Below are positions 1 through 11,910 of a DNA stretch of 64,000 nt, in pieces (position 1 is the first letter of the stretch; each line of letters begins with the position of its first letter). The position numbers and the translations under genes were made by a program. The stretch comes from Escherichia coli (GTDB taxonomy: Bacteria; Pseudomonadota; Gammaproteobacteria; Enterobacterales; Enterobacteriaceae). Below the pieces are notes generated by a model that did no database searches, was not told the DNA's origin, and saw nothing but the letters and a program-made list of their open reading frames with translations. The DNA lies in assembly GCF_003334405.1 (NCBI RefSeq), contig NZ_QOWM01000001.1. The stretch is one strand, 5' to 3'.

Positions 1-1
1 T

Positions 2-238
2 CATCTTTTTGGCCCGGAAAATCTGCCTGCTTTAAACCAGAACGATGTGCTGGTGTACGGTCATACCCATCTGCCAGTGGCAGAACAGCGGGGGGAGATT
101 TTCCACTTCAACCCCGGCTCGGTGAGTATTCCGAAAGGCGGTAATCCGGCGAGTTATGGCATGCTGGATAATGACGTACTTAGTGTAATCGCACTCAATG
201 ATCAAAGTATCATTGCGCAGGTCGCGATTAATCCGTAA
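2..238 (+). CDS. yfcE: Phosphodiesterase YfcE, C-terminal part (5' end lies outside the window)
   Basis: Open frame from position 2 to stop at 236-238; translation ...VLVYGHTHLPVAEQRGEIFHFNPGS... matches the calcineurin-like phosphoesterase C-terminus as I recall it. Confidence 0.8.
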   Translation, partial: HLFGPENLPALNQNDVLVYGHTHLPVAEQRGEIFHFNPGSVSIPKGGNPASYGMLDNDVLSVIALNDQSIIAQVAINP

Positions 239-295
239 TTTACCCACAACTCAAAATGCGCCGTAAGAGCGCCAGAAAAAGAAGGTTTCCTGATA

Positions 296-838
296 ATGGA
301 ACAGCGTCGTTTGGCAAGTACTGAATGGGTGGATATTGTCAATGAAGAGAACGAAGTCATTGCACAAGCCAGCCGGGAACAAATGCGGGCACAGTGTCTG
401 CGTCATCGTGCAACTTACATCGTCGTGCATGATGGCATGGGCAAAATTCTGGTCCAGCGTCGTACCGAGACAAAAGACTTTTTACCCGGCATGTTAGATG
501 CGACCGCAGGCGGTGTAGTCCAGGCCGATGAGCAACTGCTGGAATCCGCGCGTCGCGAAGCGGAAGAAGAGTTGGGCATTGCCGGTGTCCCCTTTGCCGA
601 GCACGGGCAGTTCTATTTCGAAGATAAAAATTGCCGTGTCTGGGGCGCATTGTTCAGCTGCGTCTCTCACGGTCCCTTCGCACTACAGGAAGATGAAGTC
701 AGTGAAGTTTGCTGGCTGACGCCGGAAGAAATCACCGCACGCTGCGATGAGTTCACTCCAGACTCGCTGAAAGCGCTAGCGTTGTGGATGAAGCGCAATG
801 CCAAAAATGAAGCCGTAGAGACTGAAACGGCAGAATGA
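296..838 (+). CDS. yfcD: Nudix-family hydrolase
   Basis: 180-aa ORF; Nudix-box-like segment ([24 protein letters not shown]); matches K-12 gene order. Confidence 0.85.
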
Positions 839-840
839 AA

Positions 841-870
841 AAAGAGCCGCAATTGCGGCTCTTAACATTT
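841..870. terminator. Hairpin terminator between convergent yfcD and yfcC
   Basis: agagccgc-aatt-gcggctct stem-loop flanked by an A-run upstream and T-run downstream. Confidence 0.65.
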
Positions 871-2391
871 TTAGTGGTAGCCCATCAACTGAGCGCCGAT
901 CACTACGACGCTGGACATAATAAACAGCAGTCCAAGTAGGGTCGCGCCCACCTTCAGCCAGTTACGGAAGTCCACCCTGCACACACCGAGCGTTGCCATT
1001 AACGACGCTGAGGTTGGGTAAATGATGTGACTGAAGCCATCACCAAACTGGAACGCCAGCACGGTAACCTGACGGTTAACACCGACCAGATCGCCAAGCG
1101 GTGCCAGTAACGGCATGGTTAACGCCGCCTGACCAGAACCGGACGTCACGAAGAAATTAAATACCGCCTGGAAGAGCAACATAAACCAGGCCGCGACCGC
1201 GTTGTCCAGACCGCTAATGGCATTGGCAATGCTGTTGAGGATGGTATTTAACACGCTGGCATCACCCGCTTCACCATTACCGACCAGCAGCAAAATCCCT
1301 TTGGCGAAACCCACCAGCAGGGCAGGGGCGATCATCATTCGCGCCCCTTCGGTAAAGGATGAAGCCATGGTATTAACCGTCATGCCGTTAAGGCGGAAAA
1401 CAACGCCGATGATGCCAATCACCAGACCCATGGTGAAGAACTGGCTGGCAATTTCTGGAATAAACCAGGCATTAACGATCACGCCCCAAATCACCCAGAC
1501 CATTACAGCGGTCAGGACAATCAATACCAGCCAGTCACCAAAGGTAAACGGACGTTGTTCAACATCAGCCTGCTTTTCACGAAAGAAGCGGTCGGACTCA
1601 TGCACGCGTGACAGAAGAGGATTCTTTTTCACTCGTGAGGCGTACACCATGGTAAAGATCAGGCCAATCAGAGTGGCGATAACCCACACCACGATGCGCA
1701 ACCCGGAGCCAGAAAGCACCGGAACGCCGGCAATCCCCTGAGCAACGACCACACAAAACGGGTTCATCCACGAACTGGCAAAACCGATTTGCGTGGCAAT
1801 ATAGGTCACCAGGACGGTGGTAATACTGTCATAGCCCAGCCGGACCATTAGCGGTGCGATGATAATGGCAAAGGCGACGGCCTCTTCTCCCATACCAAAT
1901 ACCGCGCCGCCAAGTGAAAACAGAATAAACAGCGCAGGAATAAAGAGAATTTCATTCCCGCGGGTATGGCGAATAAGCGCCAGGATACCGTTATCAATGG
2001 TTCCTGTACGCATCACAATGCCAAACGCGCCGCCAATCACCAGCATAAACATGATGATGCCAACGGCTGTCCCGTATTTCGATCCTGAGGTTAATCCTTC
2101 AAACGGGAAGTTCATCAGGCCCGGGCGTTCATCGCCCGTCGTGAACAGCTGTACGCGGTGATACTCAGGTTCGCCTGCTTCGTTAGTCAGAATGCGAAAT
2201 GAGTGTGGATCTACGACTTTGCGTGTTTTTGTTTGACCATCAACCTGATACTGCACTTCCTGACTGTCAAACATCCCCACCGGAACTACCCAGGTGGCAA
2301 GGCTGGTTAAAATAGCAACAAAAAAGATAATCACCAACGTATCGGGCATTGCCCATCTTCTTGTTGGTTTGGATTCAGTGATTGCGGACAT
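871..2391 (-). CDS. yfcC: Polytopic membrane transporter, YfcC family
   Basis: ORF 871..2412; highly hydrophobic multi-helix protein; start placed at the internal ATG (MSAITESK...) giving 506 aa. Confidence 0.8.
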   Translation of the reverse strand: MSAITESKPTRRWAMPDTLVIIFFVAILTSLATWVVPVGMFDSQEVQYQVDGQTKTRKVVDPHSFRILTNEAGEPEYHRVQLFTTGDERPGLMNFPFEGLTSGSKYGTAVGIIMFMLVIGGAFGIVMRTGTIDNGILALIRHTRGNEILFIPALFILFSLGGAVFGMGEEAVAFAIIIAPLMVRLGYDSITTVLVTYIATQIGFASSWMNPFCVVVAQGIAGVPVLSGSGLRIVVWVIATLIGLIFTMVYASRVKKNPLLSRVHESDRFFREKQADVEQRPFTFGDWLVLIVLTAVMVWVIWGVIVNAWFIPEIASQFFTMGLVIGIIGVVFRLNGMTVNTMASSFTEGARMMIAPALLVGFAKGILLLVGNGEAGDASVLNTILNSIANAISGLDNAVAAWFMLLFQAVFNFFVTSGSGQAALTMPLLAPLGDLVGVNRQVTVLAFQFGDGFSHIIYPTSASLMATLGVCRVDFRNWLKVGATLLGLLFIMSSVVVIGAQLMGYH

Positions 2392-2580
2392 AGCGCAAAT
2401 ATTCCCTTGCACAAAACAAAGTGGTAAGTATGCAAAGTGGGATGGCGCAATTCATTGATGCAGCGCAGTTAAGCAAGATAATCAGAAAGGATTAATGCAA
2501 ATTAAGAGAATAAAAAACCGGAAATAGTGATTATTTCCGGTTCAGATATCCGCAGCGCAAAGCTGCGGATGATGACGAGA

Positions 2581-4725
2581 TTACTGCTGCTGTGCAGACT
2601 GAATCGCAGTCAGCGCGATGGTGTAGACGATATCGTCAACCAGTGCGCCACGGGACAGGTCGTTAACCGGCTTGCGCATACCCTGCAGCATCGGCCCGAT
2701 GGAGATCAGGTCGGCAGAACGCTGTACCGCTTTGTAGGTGGTGTTACCGGTGTTCAGATCCGGGAAGATGAACACGGTAGCGCGACCTGCAACCGGAGAG
2801 TTCGGCGCTTTGGATTTCGCAACGTCAGCCATTACCGCAGCGTCGTACTGCAGCGGACCGTCGATCATCAGGTCAGGACGTTTTTCCTGCGCCAGACGAG
2901 TTGCTTCGCGAACTTTTTCTACGTCGCTACCTGCACCAGAAGTACCGGTGGAGTAGGAGAGCATAGCAACGCGCGGTTCGATACCGAAGGCCGCAGCGGA
3001 ATCAGCGGACTGAATCGCGATTTCTGCCAGCTGTTCAGCGGTCGGATCCGGGTTGATCGCACAGTCACCGTAAACGTAAACCTGTTCCGGCAGCAGCATG
3101 AAGAACACGGAAGATACCAGGGAGCTGCCCGGTGCAGTTTTGATCAGCTGCAGCGGCGGACGGATGGTGTTTGCGGTAGTGTGAACAGCACCGGAAACCA
3201 GACCATCAACTTCATCCTGTTCCAGCATCAGCGTACCGAGCACCACGTTGTCTTCCAGCTGTTCGCGGGCAACGGTTTCGGTCATGCCTTTGTTCTTACG
3301 CAGTTCGACCAGACGACCAACATAGCTTTCGCGAACCACTTCTGGATCAACGATTTCAATCCCTGCACCCAGTTCTACACCCTGAGACGCTGCAACACGG
3401 TTGATCTCTGCCGGATTACCCAGCAGTACGCAAGTTGCGATACCACGTTCAGCACAGATAGCGGCTGCTTTAACGGTACGCGGTTCGTCACCTTCCGGCA
3501 GTACGATACGTTTGCCCGCTTTGCGCGCAAGTTCAGTCAGCTGATAACGGAACGCAGGCGGAGACAGACGACGGCTGCGCTCAGAAGTGGCAGTCAGAGA
3601 TTCGATCCAGTCAGCGTTGATGTAGTTAGCAACGTATTCCTGAACTTTCTCGATACGTTCGTGATCGTCAACCGGAACTTCCAGGTTGAAGCTCTGCAGG
3701 CTCAGAGAGGTCTGCCAGGTGTTGGTGTTCACCATAAATACCGGCAGGCCGGTAGCGAAAGCACGTTCGCACAGTTTAGAAATGCGCGCGTCCATTTCGT
3801 AACCGCCAGTCAGCAGCAGGGCACCGATTTCTACGCCGTTCATGGCTGCCAGGCAAGCGGCCACCAGCACGTCAGGACGGTCTGCGGAAGTCACCAGCAG
3901 AGAACCGGCACGGAAGTGCTCCAGCATGTGCGGAATGCTGCGTGCGCAGAAAGTGACGGATTTAACGCGGCGAGTATTGATGTCGCCTTCGTTGATGATG
4001 GTCGCATTCAGGTGGCGAGCCATATCGATCGCACGAGTCGCGATCAGGTCAAAGCTCCACGGCACAGCGCCGAGAACCGGCAGCGGGCTGGATTCTTGCA
4101 GCTTCGCCGGATCAACATTGTTTACTTTAGCTTTGGAGGAGTCGTCGAAAATCTCGGACAGATCCGGGCGAGTACGACCCTGTTCATCAACCGGTGCGTT
4201 CAGTTTGTTAACGATAACGCCGGTGATGTTGGTGTTTTTGGCACCGCCGAAGCTGTTGCGGGTCAGTTCGATACGCTCTTTCAGCTGTTCCGGGGTGTCA
4301 GTGCCCTGAGACATAACGAAGACGATTTCCGCATTCAGCGTTTTAGCGATTTCGTAGTTCAGAGACTGGGCAAACTGGTGCTTACGTGTCGGGACCAGAC
4401 CTTCAACCAGAACGACTTCAGCGTCTTTGGTGTTAGCGTGGTAGTTTGCGACGATCTCTTCCATCAGCACATCTTTCTGATTGCTGGAAAGCAGACCTTC
4501 AACGTAGCTCATTTTCAGCGGTTCAGCGGCCGTCGTGGTGGAAGAGTTCGCACGCACGATAGTCGTAGTCTGATCGGGCGCATCGCCACCGGTACGCGGC
4601 TGAGCGATAGGTTTGAAAACGCTCAGACGAACGCCTTTGCGTTCCATTGCACGGATCACGCCAAGGCTGACGCTGGTCAGACCGACGCTGGTTCCGGTAG
4701 GGATCAGCATAATAATACGGGACAC
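2581..4725 (-). CDS. pta: Phosphate acetyltransferase
   Basis: 714-aa ORF, GTG start; N-terminus [22 protein letters not shown] and full length match E. coli Pta. Confidence 0.97.
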
Positions 4726-4799
4726 GGTTTATCCTCTTTCGTTACCGCCGATTTGGCGGGTTACAAAACAGCACCGCCAGCTGAGCTGGCGGTGTGAAA

Positions 4800-6002
4800 T
4801 CAGGCAGTCAGGCGGCTCGCGTCTTGCGCGATAACCAGTTCTTCGTTGGTTGGGATAACCACCGCAGGACGGGTACCTTCTTTGTTGATGAAACCAGATT
4901 TGCCGAAACGTGCAGCCAGGTTGCGTTCATGATCAACTTCAAAGCCCAGCACGCCCAGTTTGCCCAGAGACAGTTCACGAACCATTGCGGCATTTTCACC
5001 GATACCACCAGTGAATACAACAGCGTCCAGACGACCATCCATCAGCGCAGTGTAGGCACCGATGTATTTCGCCAGGCGGTGGCAGTAAACGTCCATTGCG
5101 CGCTTCGCGTCTTCTTTCGTCGCGTAGTTGTCTTCAACATAGCGGCAGTCGCTGGTCACTTCGGTCAGACCCAGCAGGCCAGACTCTTTGGTCAGCAGTT
5201 TGTTGATTGCGTCAACGCTCATGCCCAGGGTGTCGTGCAGGTGGAAGATGATCGCCGGATCGATATCACCAGAACGGGTACCCATGACCAGACCTTCCAG
5301 CGGGGTCAGGCCCATAGAGGTGTCAACGCATTTACCGTTGCGGATAGCAGAAACGGAACCACCGTTGCCCAGGTGGCAGGTGATGATGTTCAGTTCTTCT
5401 ACCGGTTTGTTCAGCATTTTTGCCGCTTCCTGGGTTACATAGAAGTGGCTGGTGCCGTGCGCGCCGTAACGACGGATGCCGTGCTCTTTGTACAGGTTGT
5501 AAGGCAGGGCGTAGAGGTAAGACTCTTCCGGCATAGTCTGGTGGAACGCGGTGTCAAATACAGCAACGTTTTTGTCTTTCAGCTGTGGGAAAGATTTCAG
5601 AGCTTCTTCGATACCGATCAGGTGAGCCGGGTTGTGCAGCGGTGCAAAAGAAGCTGCATCTTTGATACCCTGAATAACAGACTCATCGATCACTACGGAG
5701 CTGGTATACTTTTCGCCGCCGTGTACGATACGGTGACCGATAGCAGTCAGCTGCGCAGACAGTTCTGGTTTTTGTGCCAGAATAGTATTAACGATAAAGT
5801 TGAGCGCTTCGCTGTGAGCGGCGCCTGCACCTAAAGCCGCTTCCTGTTTATTGCCGTCCATTTTCCATTTGATACGTGCTTCGGGCAGGTGGAAACATTC
5901 GGCTAAACCAGAAAGGTACTCTTCACCATTTACTGCATCGATGATGGCAAATTTCAGTGAAGAACTACCGCAGTTCAGAACCAGTACTAACTTACTCGAC
6001 AT
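4800..6002 (-). CDS. ackA: Acetate kinase
   Basis: 400-aa [23 protein letters not shown]... is the acetate kinase signature N-terminus; located upstream of pta on the same strand. Confidence 0.97.
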   Translation of the reverse strand: MSSKLVLVLNCGSSSLKFAIIDAVNGEEYLSGLAECFHLPEARIKWKMDGNKQEAALGAGAAHSEALNFIVNTILAQKPELSAQLTAIGHRIVHGGEKYTSSVVIDESVIQGIKDAASFAPLHNPAHLIGIEEALKSFPQLKDKNVAVFDTAFHQTMPEESYLYALPYNLYKEHGIRRYGAHGTSHFYVTQEAAKMLNKPVEELNIITCHLGNGGSVSAIRNGKCVDTSMGLTPLEGLVMGTRSGDIDPAIIFHLHDTLGMSVDAINKLLTKESGLLGLTEVTSDCRYVEDNYATKEDAKRAMDVYCHRLAKYIGAYTALMDGRLDAVVFTGGIGENAAMVRELSLGKLGVLGFEVDHERNLAARFGKSGFINKEGTRPAVVIPTNEELVIAQDASRLTA

Positions 6003-6339
6003 GGAAGTACCTATAATTGATACGTGGCTAAAAAAACGTCAGGGAGCCATAGAGCGTAGCGCATGATGACACCGACATTTATGATTAACATCATGCACTG
6101 CAAATTTTTTTTGCATGATGGAAGAAATATCTTGAGTCTATGCCATTTTGCGTAATTTTCAGCCAATGGCATAATGTATATGAATTTGACGACTCAATGA
6201 ATATGTACTACTTAGGCCTTCAGGCTGCTAAAGGATACCTGATAGTGGGTATGGAAGACAAAATGTTTTGAACGTTGTCCCGCTGAGTTGTGAATTTGCA
6301 CAAATTTTTGAATCTTTATATGTGAAGTTGAGGTGAAGC
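6003..6339. promoter_or_regulatory. Divergent ackA / yfbV promoter region (AT-rich)
   Basis: 337-bp AT-rich non-coding spacer between divergently oriented ackA and yfbV; individual promoter elements not mapped. Confidence 0.4.
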
Positions 6340-6795
6340 ATGTCAACGCCGGATAATCGTTCTGTTAATTTTTTTAGCTTGTTTCGCCGGGGACAGCATT
6401 ACTCAAAGACGTGGCCGCTGGAAAAACGCCTTGCCCCGGTCTTTGTCGAAAATCGCGTTATCAAGATGACGCGTTATGCGATCCGTTTTATGCCGCCGAT
6501 CGCCGTATTTACTCTCTGCTGGCAGATTGCCCTGGGCGGTCAGCTTGGGCCGGCAGTTGCCACTGCCCTGTTCGCCTTAAGTTTACCCATGCAGGGATTG
6601 TGGTGGCTGGGCAAGCGTTCTGTCACGCCATTACCCCCTGCAATCCTTAACTGGTTTTATGAAGTTCGCGGTAAATTGCAGGAGTCTGGACAGGTGTTGG
6701 CACCCGTTGAAGGCAAGCCTGATTACCAGGCATTAGCTGACACGCTTAAGCGCGCCTTCAAACAACTGGATAAAACTTTCCTTGATGATTTGTAA
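6340..6795 (+). CDS. yfbV: Inner-membrane protein, UPF0208 family
   Basis: 151-aa ORF with two hydrophobic helices; position between ackA and yfbU as in K-12. Confidence 0.85.
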
Positions 6796-7371
<576 letters not shown>

Positions 7372-7381
7372 GGAGGCCCGC

Positions 7382-8032
7382 GTGCGGTGCAAAGGTTTTC
7401 TGTTTGATCTTGATGGAACGCTGGTGGATTCCCTGCCTGCGGTAGAACGGGCGTGGAGCAACTGGGCCAGACGTCATGGGTTAGCGCCGGAAGAGGTGCT
7501 GGCTTTCATTCACGGTAAACAGGCGATCACCTCTCTGCGCCATTTTATGGCGGGCAAATCCGAGGCTGATATTGCCGCCGAGTTTACGCGTCTGGAGCAC
7601 ATCGAGGCCACGGAAACCGAAGGTATTACCGCGCTTCCGGGGGCAATCGCCTTACTCAGTCATTTGAATAAAGCAGGTATTCCGTGGGCCATTGTGACTT
7701 CTGGCTCCATGCCGGTAGCGCGAGCGCGCCATAAAATAGCTGGGCTTCCCGCACCAGAGGTGTTTGTAACCGCTGAGCGAGTGAAGCGCGGAAAACCAGA
7801 ACCTGATGCGTATCTGTTAGGCGCGCAGCTGCTGGGGCTTGCGCCGCAGGAGTGTGTGGTGGTGGAAGATGCTCCCGCTGGCGTGCTTTCTGGCCTGGCG
7901 GCGGGTTGTCATGTCATTGCGGTTAACGCTCCGGCAGATACCCCGCGCCTGAATGAGGTCGATTTGGTCCTCCACAGTCTGGAGCAAATTACTGTGACCA
8001 AACAGCCAAATGGCGATGTTATTATTCAGTGA
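7382..8032 (+). CDS. yfbT: HAD-superfamily sugar phosphatase
   Basis: ORF 7364..8032; HAD motif I FDLDGTLVDS near the N-terminus; GTG start at 7382 follows AGGAGG; overlaps the yfbU stop. Confidence 0.8.
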   Translation: MRCKGFLFDLDGTLVDSLPAVERAWSNWARRHGLAPEEVLAFIHGKQAITSLRHFMAGKSEADIAAEFTRLEHIEATETEGITALPGAIALLSHLNKAGIPWAIVTSGSMPVARARHKIAGLPAPEVFVTAERVKRGKPEPDAYLLGAQLLGLAPQECVVVEDAPAGVLSGLAAGCHVIAVNAPADTPRLNEVDLVLHSLEQITVTKQPNGDVIIQ

Positions 8033-8050
8033 AACACCTGATCATGATTT

Positions 8051-8076
8051 AGCCCCGTCTCGTCGGGGCTTTTTTA
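8051..8076 (+). terminator. Rho-independent terminator after yfbT
   Basis: agccccg-tctcgt-cggggct hairpin followed by TTTTTT. Confidence 0.7.
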
Positions 8077-8118
8077 TGGCAGAATCAAGTCATCCCCCTC
8101 AATTAACAAGGATAAGTT

Positions 8119-9951
8119 GTGAACGGTGAATTGATTTGGGTTCTTTCATTACTGGCCGTTGCCATCGTCTTGTTTGCGACGGGCAGAGTGCGTATGGATG
8201 CGGTCGCTTTGTTTGTTATTGTCGCGTTTGCATTAAGCGGAACGCTGACAGTCCCAGAAGTATTTTCCGGCTTTTCTGATCCTAACGTTGTCCTGATTGC
8301 CGCCTTGTTTATTATTGGCGATGGTTTGGTCCGTACCGGTGTTGCCACCGTAATGGGAACATGGCTGGTCAAAGTTGCGGGCAATAGTGAAATCAAAATG
8401 TTGGTTTTGTTGATGCTGACCGTCGCGGGGCTTGGCGCGTTTATGAGTTCAACCGGCGTTGTCGCTATCTTTATTCCCGTGGTGTTAAGCGTTGCCATGC
8501 GTATGCAAACGTCGCCGTCACGTCTGATGATGCCGTTAAGTTTTGCCGGGCTGATTAGCGGCATGATGACGCTGGTGGCGACGCCGCCGAACCTGGTAGT
8601 CAACAGTGAATTGCTGCGTGAAGGCTATCACGGCTTCAGTTTCTTTAGCGTAACACCTATTGGCCTGGTCGTGCTGGTGCTGGGTATTTTGTATATGTTA
8701 GTGATGCGTTTCATGCTGAAAGGGGATACCCAGACCCCGCAGCGCGAAGGCTGGACGCGTCGAACCTTTCGCGATCTTATCCGTGAATATCGACTGACCG
8801 GGCGTGCGCGACGTCTGGCTATTCGCCCCGGATCGCCAATGATTGGTCAACGGCTGGATGATCTCAAATTACGTGAGCGTTATGGCGCTAACGTCATCGG
8901 TGTTGAACGCTGGCGGCGTTTTCGTCGCGTTATCGTGAACGTTAATGGGGTTTCTGAATTTCGCGCGCGTGACGTTTTGCTTATTGATATGTCTGCGGCT
9001 GATGTCGATCTCCGGCAATTTTGTAGTGAGCAATTGCTGGAGCCGATGGTACTGCGCGGCGAGTATTTTTCTGACCAGGCCCTTGATGTGGGCATGGCAG
9101 AGATTTCATTAATTCCTGAGTCAGAACTGATTGGTAAATCGGTGCGCGAAATTGGTTTTCGTACCCGCTACGGACTGAATGTGGTGGGGCTAAAGCGCAA
9201 TGGCGTGGCGCTGGAAGGTTCGCTGGCGGATGAGCCTCTGCTGCTGGGCGATATCATCCTGGTTGTGGGTAACTGGAAACTGATCGGTATGCTGGCCAAA
9301 CAGGGCCGCGACTTCGTAGCGCTGAACTTACCGGAAGAGGTGAGTGAAGCATCACCCGCGCACAGCCAGGCACCCCATGCCATTTTCTGTCTGGTGCTAA
9401 TGGTGGCGTTAATGCTGACAGATGAAATTCCTAATCCTGTTGCCGCTATCATCGCCTGCCTGCTGATGGGGAAATTCCGCTGTATAGATGCTGAAAGCGC
9501 CTATAAATCCATTCACTGGCCGAGCATTATTTTGATCGTTGGGATGATGCCGTTTGCTGTGGCATTACAGAAAACGGGAGGTGTCGCGCTGGCGGTGAAA
9601 GGGCTGATGGACATTGGCGGTGGTTACGGGCCACATATGATGCTGGGGTGTTTGTTTGTCTTGTCGGCGGTTATTGGGCTATTTATCTCTAATACCGCGA
9701 CGGCGGTGTTGATGGCTCCGATTGCGCTGGCTGCTGCCAAAACGATGGGGGTGTCGCCTTATCCATTCGCGATGGTCGTGGCGATGGCAGCATCCGCCGC
9801 CTTTATGACACCGGTTTCTTCACCTGTTAACACACTGGTTTTAGGTCCGGGAAATTACAGCTTCAGTGACTTTGTGAAGTTGGGGGTACCGTTCACCATT
9901 ATCGTGATGGCGGTTTGTGTGGTGATGATCCCGATGCTGTTTCCGTTTTGA
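8119..9951 (+). CDS. yfbS: Anion permease with two internal TrkA-C (RCK_C)-like domains
   Basis: 610-aa ORF, GTG start; hydrophobic N- and C-terminal halves flank a ~200-aa soluble segment with two repeated RCK_C-like motifs. Confidence 0.85.
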
Positions 9952-9955
9952 CAAG

Positions 9956-10000
9956 AGCCTGATGTCGCATCCGGCGCTTATTGCCTGATGCGACGCAGAC
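9956..10000. repeat. REP-like extragenic palindromic element between convergent yfbS and yfbR
   Basis: gcctgatg...cgcatccggcg...gcctgatgcgacgc resembles the E. coli REP consensus (GCCTGATGCGACGC). Confidence 0.5.
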
Positions 10001-10009
10001 TCCGGCTGC

Positions 10010-10609
10010 TTACAGCGGTGAATCCTGGCTAATCTCATCGAGCGAAAGATGGAAGCTGGGAACAAATATTTCCATGAAGTAGTCCATCTCCTGGCTGCGA
10101 CGCGCTTCAAGCGTCGCTTCCAGTCGCGTTTTTGCCAGCAAGAATTCATTATTTCCGGCCGCGAGTTCTTCCAGACATTTCAGATATGCACACAGTGCAT
10201 CTGCCTGTTTCACCAGCGATTTTTCTTCATCGCTATATGCATGCTCGTCAATTAACGGCGCAAAGATATCCCGCAGCTCTTCCGGAACCATATCGACCAG
10301 TTTTTGCTGAGCGATTTTTTCAATAGCCTTGTACTCCTGAGCGATTTGCGAATTGAAGTATTTCACCGGAGTAGGGAGATCGCCGGTGAGCACTTCTGAG
10401 GCATCGTGGTACATCGCCAGTAAAGCGATACGTTCGGCGTTGACATTACCGCCAAATTTTCGATTTTTGATAGCTGCCAGCGCATGGGCGACCATCGCTA
10501 CCTGCAAACTGTGTTCGGACACATTTTCCGTCCGCACGTTGCGCATGAGCGGCCAGCGGTTAATGAGTTTCAGGCGGGAGAGATGGGCAAAAAAATGGCT
10601 CTGTTTCAT
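10010..10609 (-). CDS. yfbR: HD-domain 5'-deoxynucleotidase
   Basis: 199-aa ORF; HD-domain motifs ([12 protein letters not shown]..., YHDASE). Confidence 0.85.
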   Translation of the reverse strand: MKQSHFFAHLSRLKLINRWPLMRNVRTENVSEHSLQVAMVAHALAAIKNRKFGGNVNAERIALLAMYHDASEVLTGDLPTPVKYFNSQIAQEYKAIEKIAQQKLVDMVPEELRDIFAPLIDEHAYSDEEKSLVKQADALCAYLKCLEELAAGNNEFLLAKTRLEATLEARRSQEMDYFMEIFVPSFHLSLDEISQDSPL

Positions 10610-10692
10610 AGTGACCTTACGTATGATGACATCATCAGGTCATTGTGGCGGGATAACGCTGCCGGATGCAATCTCCGGCAGTGAAATTAAGA

Positions 10693-11910
10693 TTACAGCT
10701 GATGATAACCAGAAAGGAAACGCGCGAACTTGCTCAAAGACAGCTCGATATCATCGACACGCGGTAGCGTGACAATGCGGAAGTGATCCGGCCACGGCCA
10801 GTTGAATGCCGTCCCTTGCACCAACAGAACTTTTTCCTGCAACAGGAAATCCAGCACCATTTTCTGATCGTCGTGAATGTTAAAGCGTTTGGCGTCGATT
10901 TTCGGGAACATATACAGCGCACCACGAGGTTTCACGCAGGAAACGCCCGGAATATCGTTGATCAGTTCCCACGCGCGGTTACGCTGCTCATAAAGACGAC
11001 CGCCAGGGGTAATAAATTCACTGATGCTCTGATAACCACCTAGCGCGGTCTGAATGGCGTGTTGCGCAGGAACGTTAGCACACAGGCGCATTGAAGCCAG
11101 CATTTCCAGACCTTCGATGTAGCCTTTGGCGTGTTTTTTCGGCCCGTTCAACACCATCCACCCCTGACGGAAGCCTGCAACGCGGTACGTTTTCGACAGT
11201 CCGTTAAAGGTAATGGTCAGCAGGTCAGGTGCCAGCGGCGCAATTGAGTGATGCTCAGCGTCGTCGTAGAGAATTTTGTCATAAATTTCATCGGCGAAGA
11301 TAATGAGATTATGCTGACGTGCAATCTCCACAATCTCCATTAAAAGCTCTTTGGAATATACCGCGCCGGTTGGGTTATTTGGGTTGATAATAACGATCCC
11401 ACGCGTACGAGGCGTAATTTTAGCGCGAATATCATCGAGGTCCGGGAACCAGTCAGAGGATTCATCGCAAAGATAATGCACCGCTTTACCGCTGGAAAGC
11501 GAAACCGCCGCGGTCCAGAGTGGGTAATCTGGTGCAGGAACCAACATTTCGTCCCCGCTGTTCAGCAATGCCTGCATTGCCTGAACGATAAGCTCCGATA
11601 CACCATTGCCGATGTAAATATCTTCCACGGTAACATCACGCATGCCACGAGCCTGGTAGTGCTGCATGATGGCTTTACGCGCGGAGTAAAGACCTTTGGA
11701 ATCGCAATACCCTTGAGCGGTAGGCAGGTTGCGTATCACGTCAACGAGGATTTCATCTGGCGCGTCAAAACCGAACGGGGCTGGGTTGCCGATGTTCAGT
11801 TTCAGTACCTTGTTACCTTCTTCTTCCAGGCGTTTTGCTTCTTTCAGCACCGGACCACGGATGTCATAACAGACATTCTCTAATTTGCTGGATTTTTCAA
11901 TGGGGGACAT
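10693..11910 (-). CDS. alaA: Glutamate-pyruvate aminotransferase (class I PLP aminotransferase)
   Basis: 405-aa ORF; aminotransferase class I features including the SKTY PLP-lysine region (FNGLSKTYRVAGFRQGW). Confidence 0.9.
   Translation of the reverse strand: MSPIEKSSKLENVCYDIRGPVLKEAKRLEEEGNKVLKLNIGNPAPFGFDAPDEILVDVIRNLPTAQGYCDSKGLYSARKAIMQHYQARGMRDVTVEDIYIGNGVSELIVQAMQALLNSGDEMLVPAPDYPLWTAAVSLSSGKAVHYLCDESSDWFPDLDDIRAKITPRTRGIVIINPNNPTGAVYSKELLMEIVEIARQHNLIIFADEIYDKILYDDAEHHSIAPLAPDLLTITFNGLSKTYRVAGFRQGWMVLNGPKKHAKGYIEGLEMLASMRLCANVPAQHAIQTALGGYQSISEFITPGGRLYEQRNRAWELINDIPGVSCVKPRGALYMFPKIDAKRFNIHDDQKMVLDFLLQEKVLLVQGTAFNWPWPDHFRIVTLPRVDDIELSLSKFARFLSGYHQL

Noticed and set aside
2527-4797. 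756-aa ORF on the plus strand antisense to pta
   Set aside because: It exactly shadows a high-confidence gene on the opposite strand, its translation is low-complexity (R/Q/V/T-rich) with no recognisable domains and no SD. Typical antisense open frame in GC-rich coding DNA.
4794-5834. 346-aa ORF antisense to ackA
   Set aside because: Shadow ORF of ackA.
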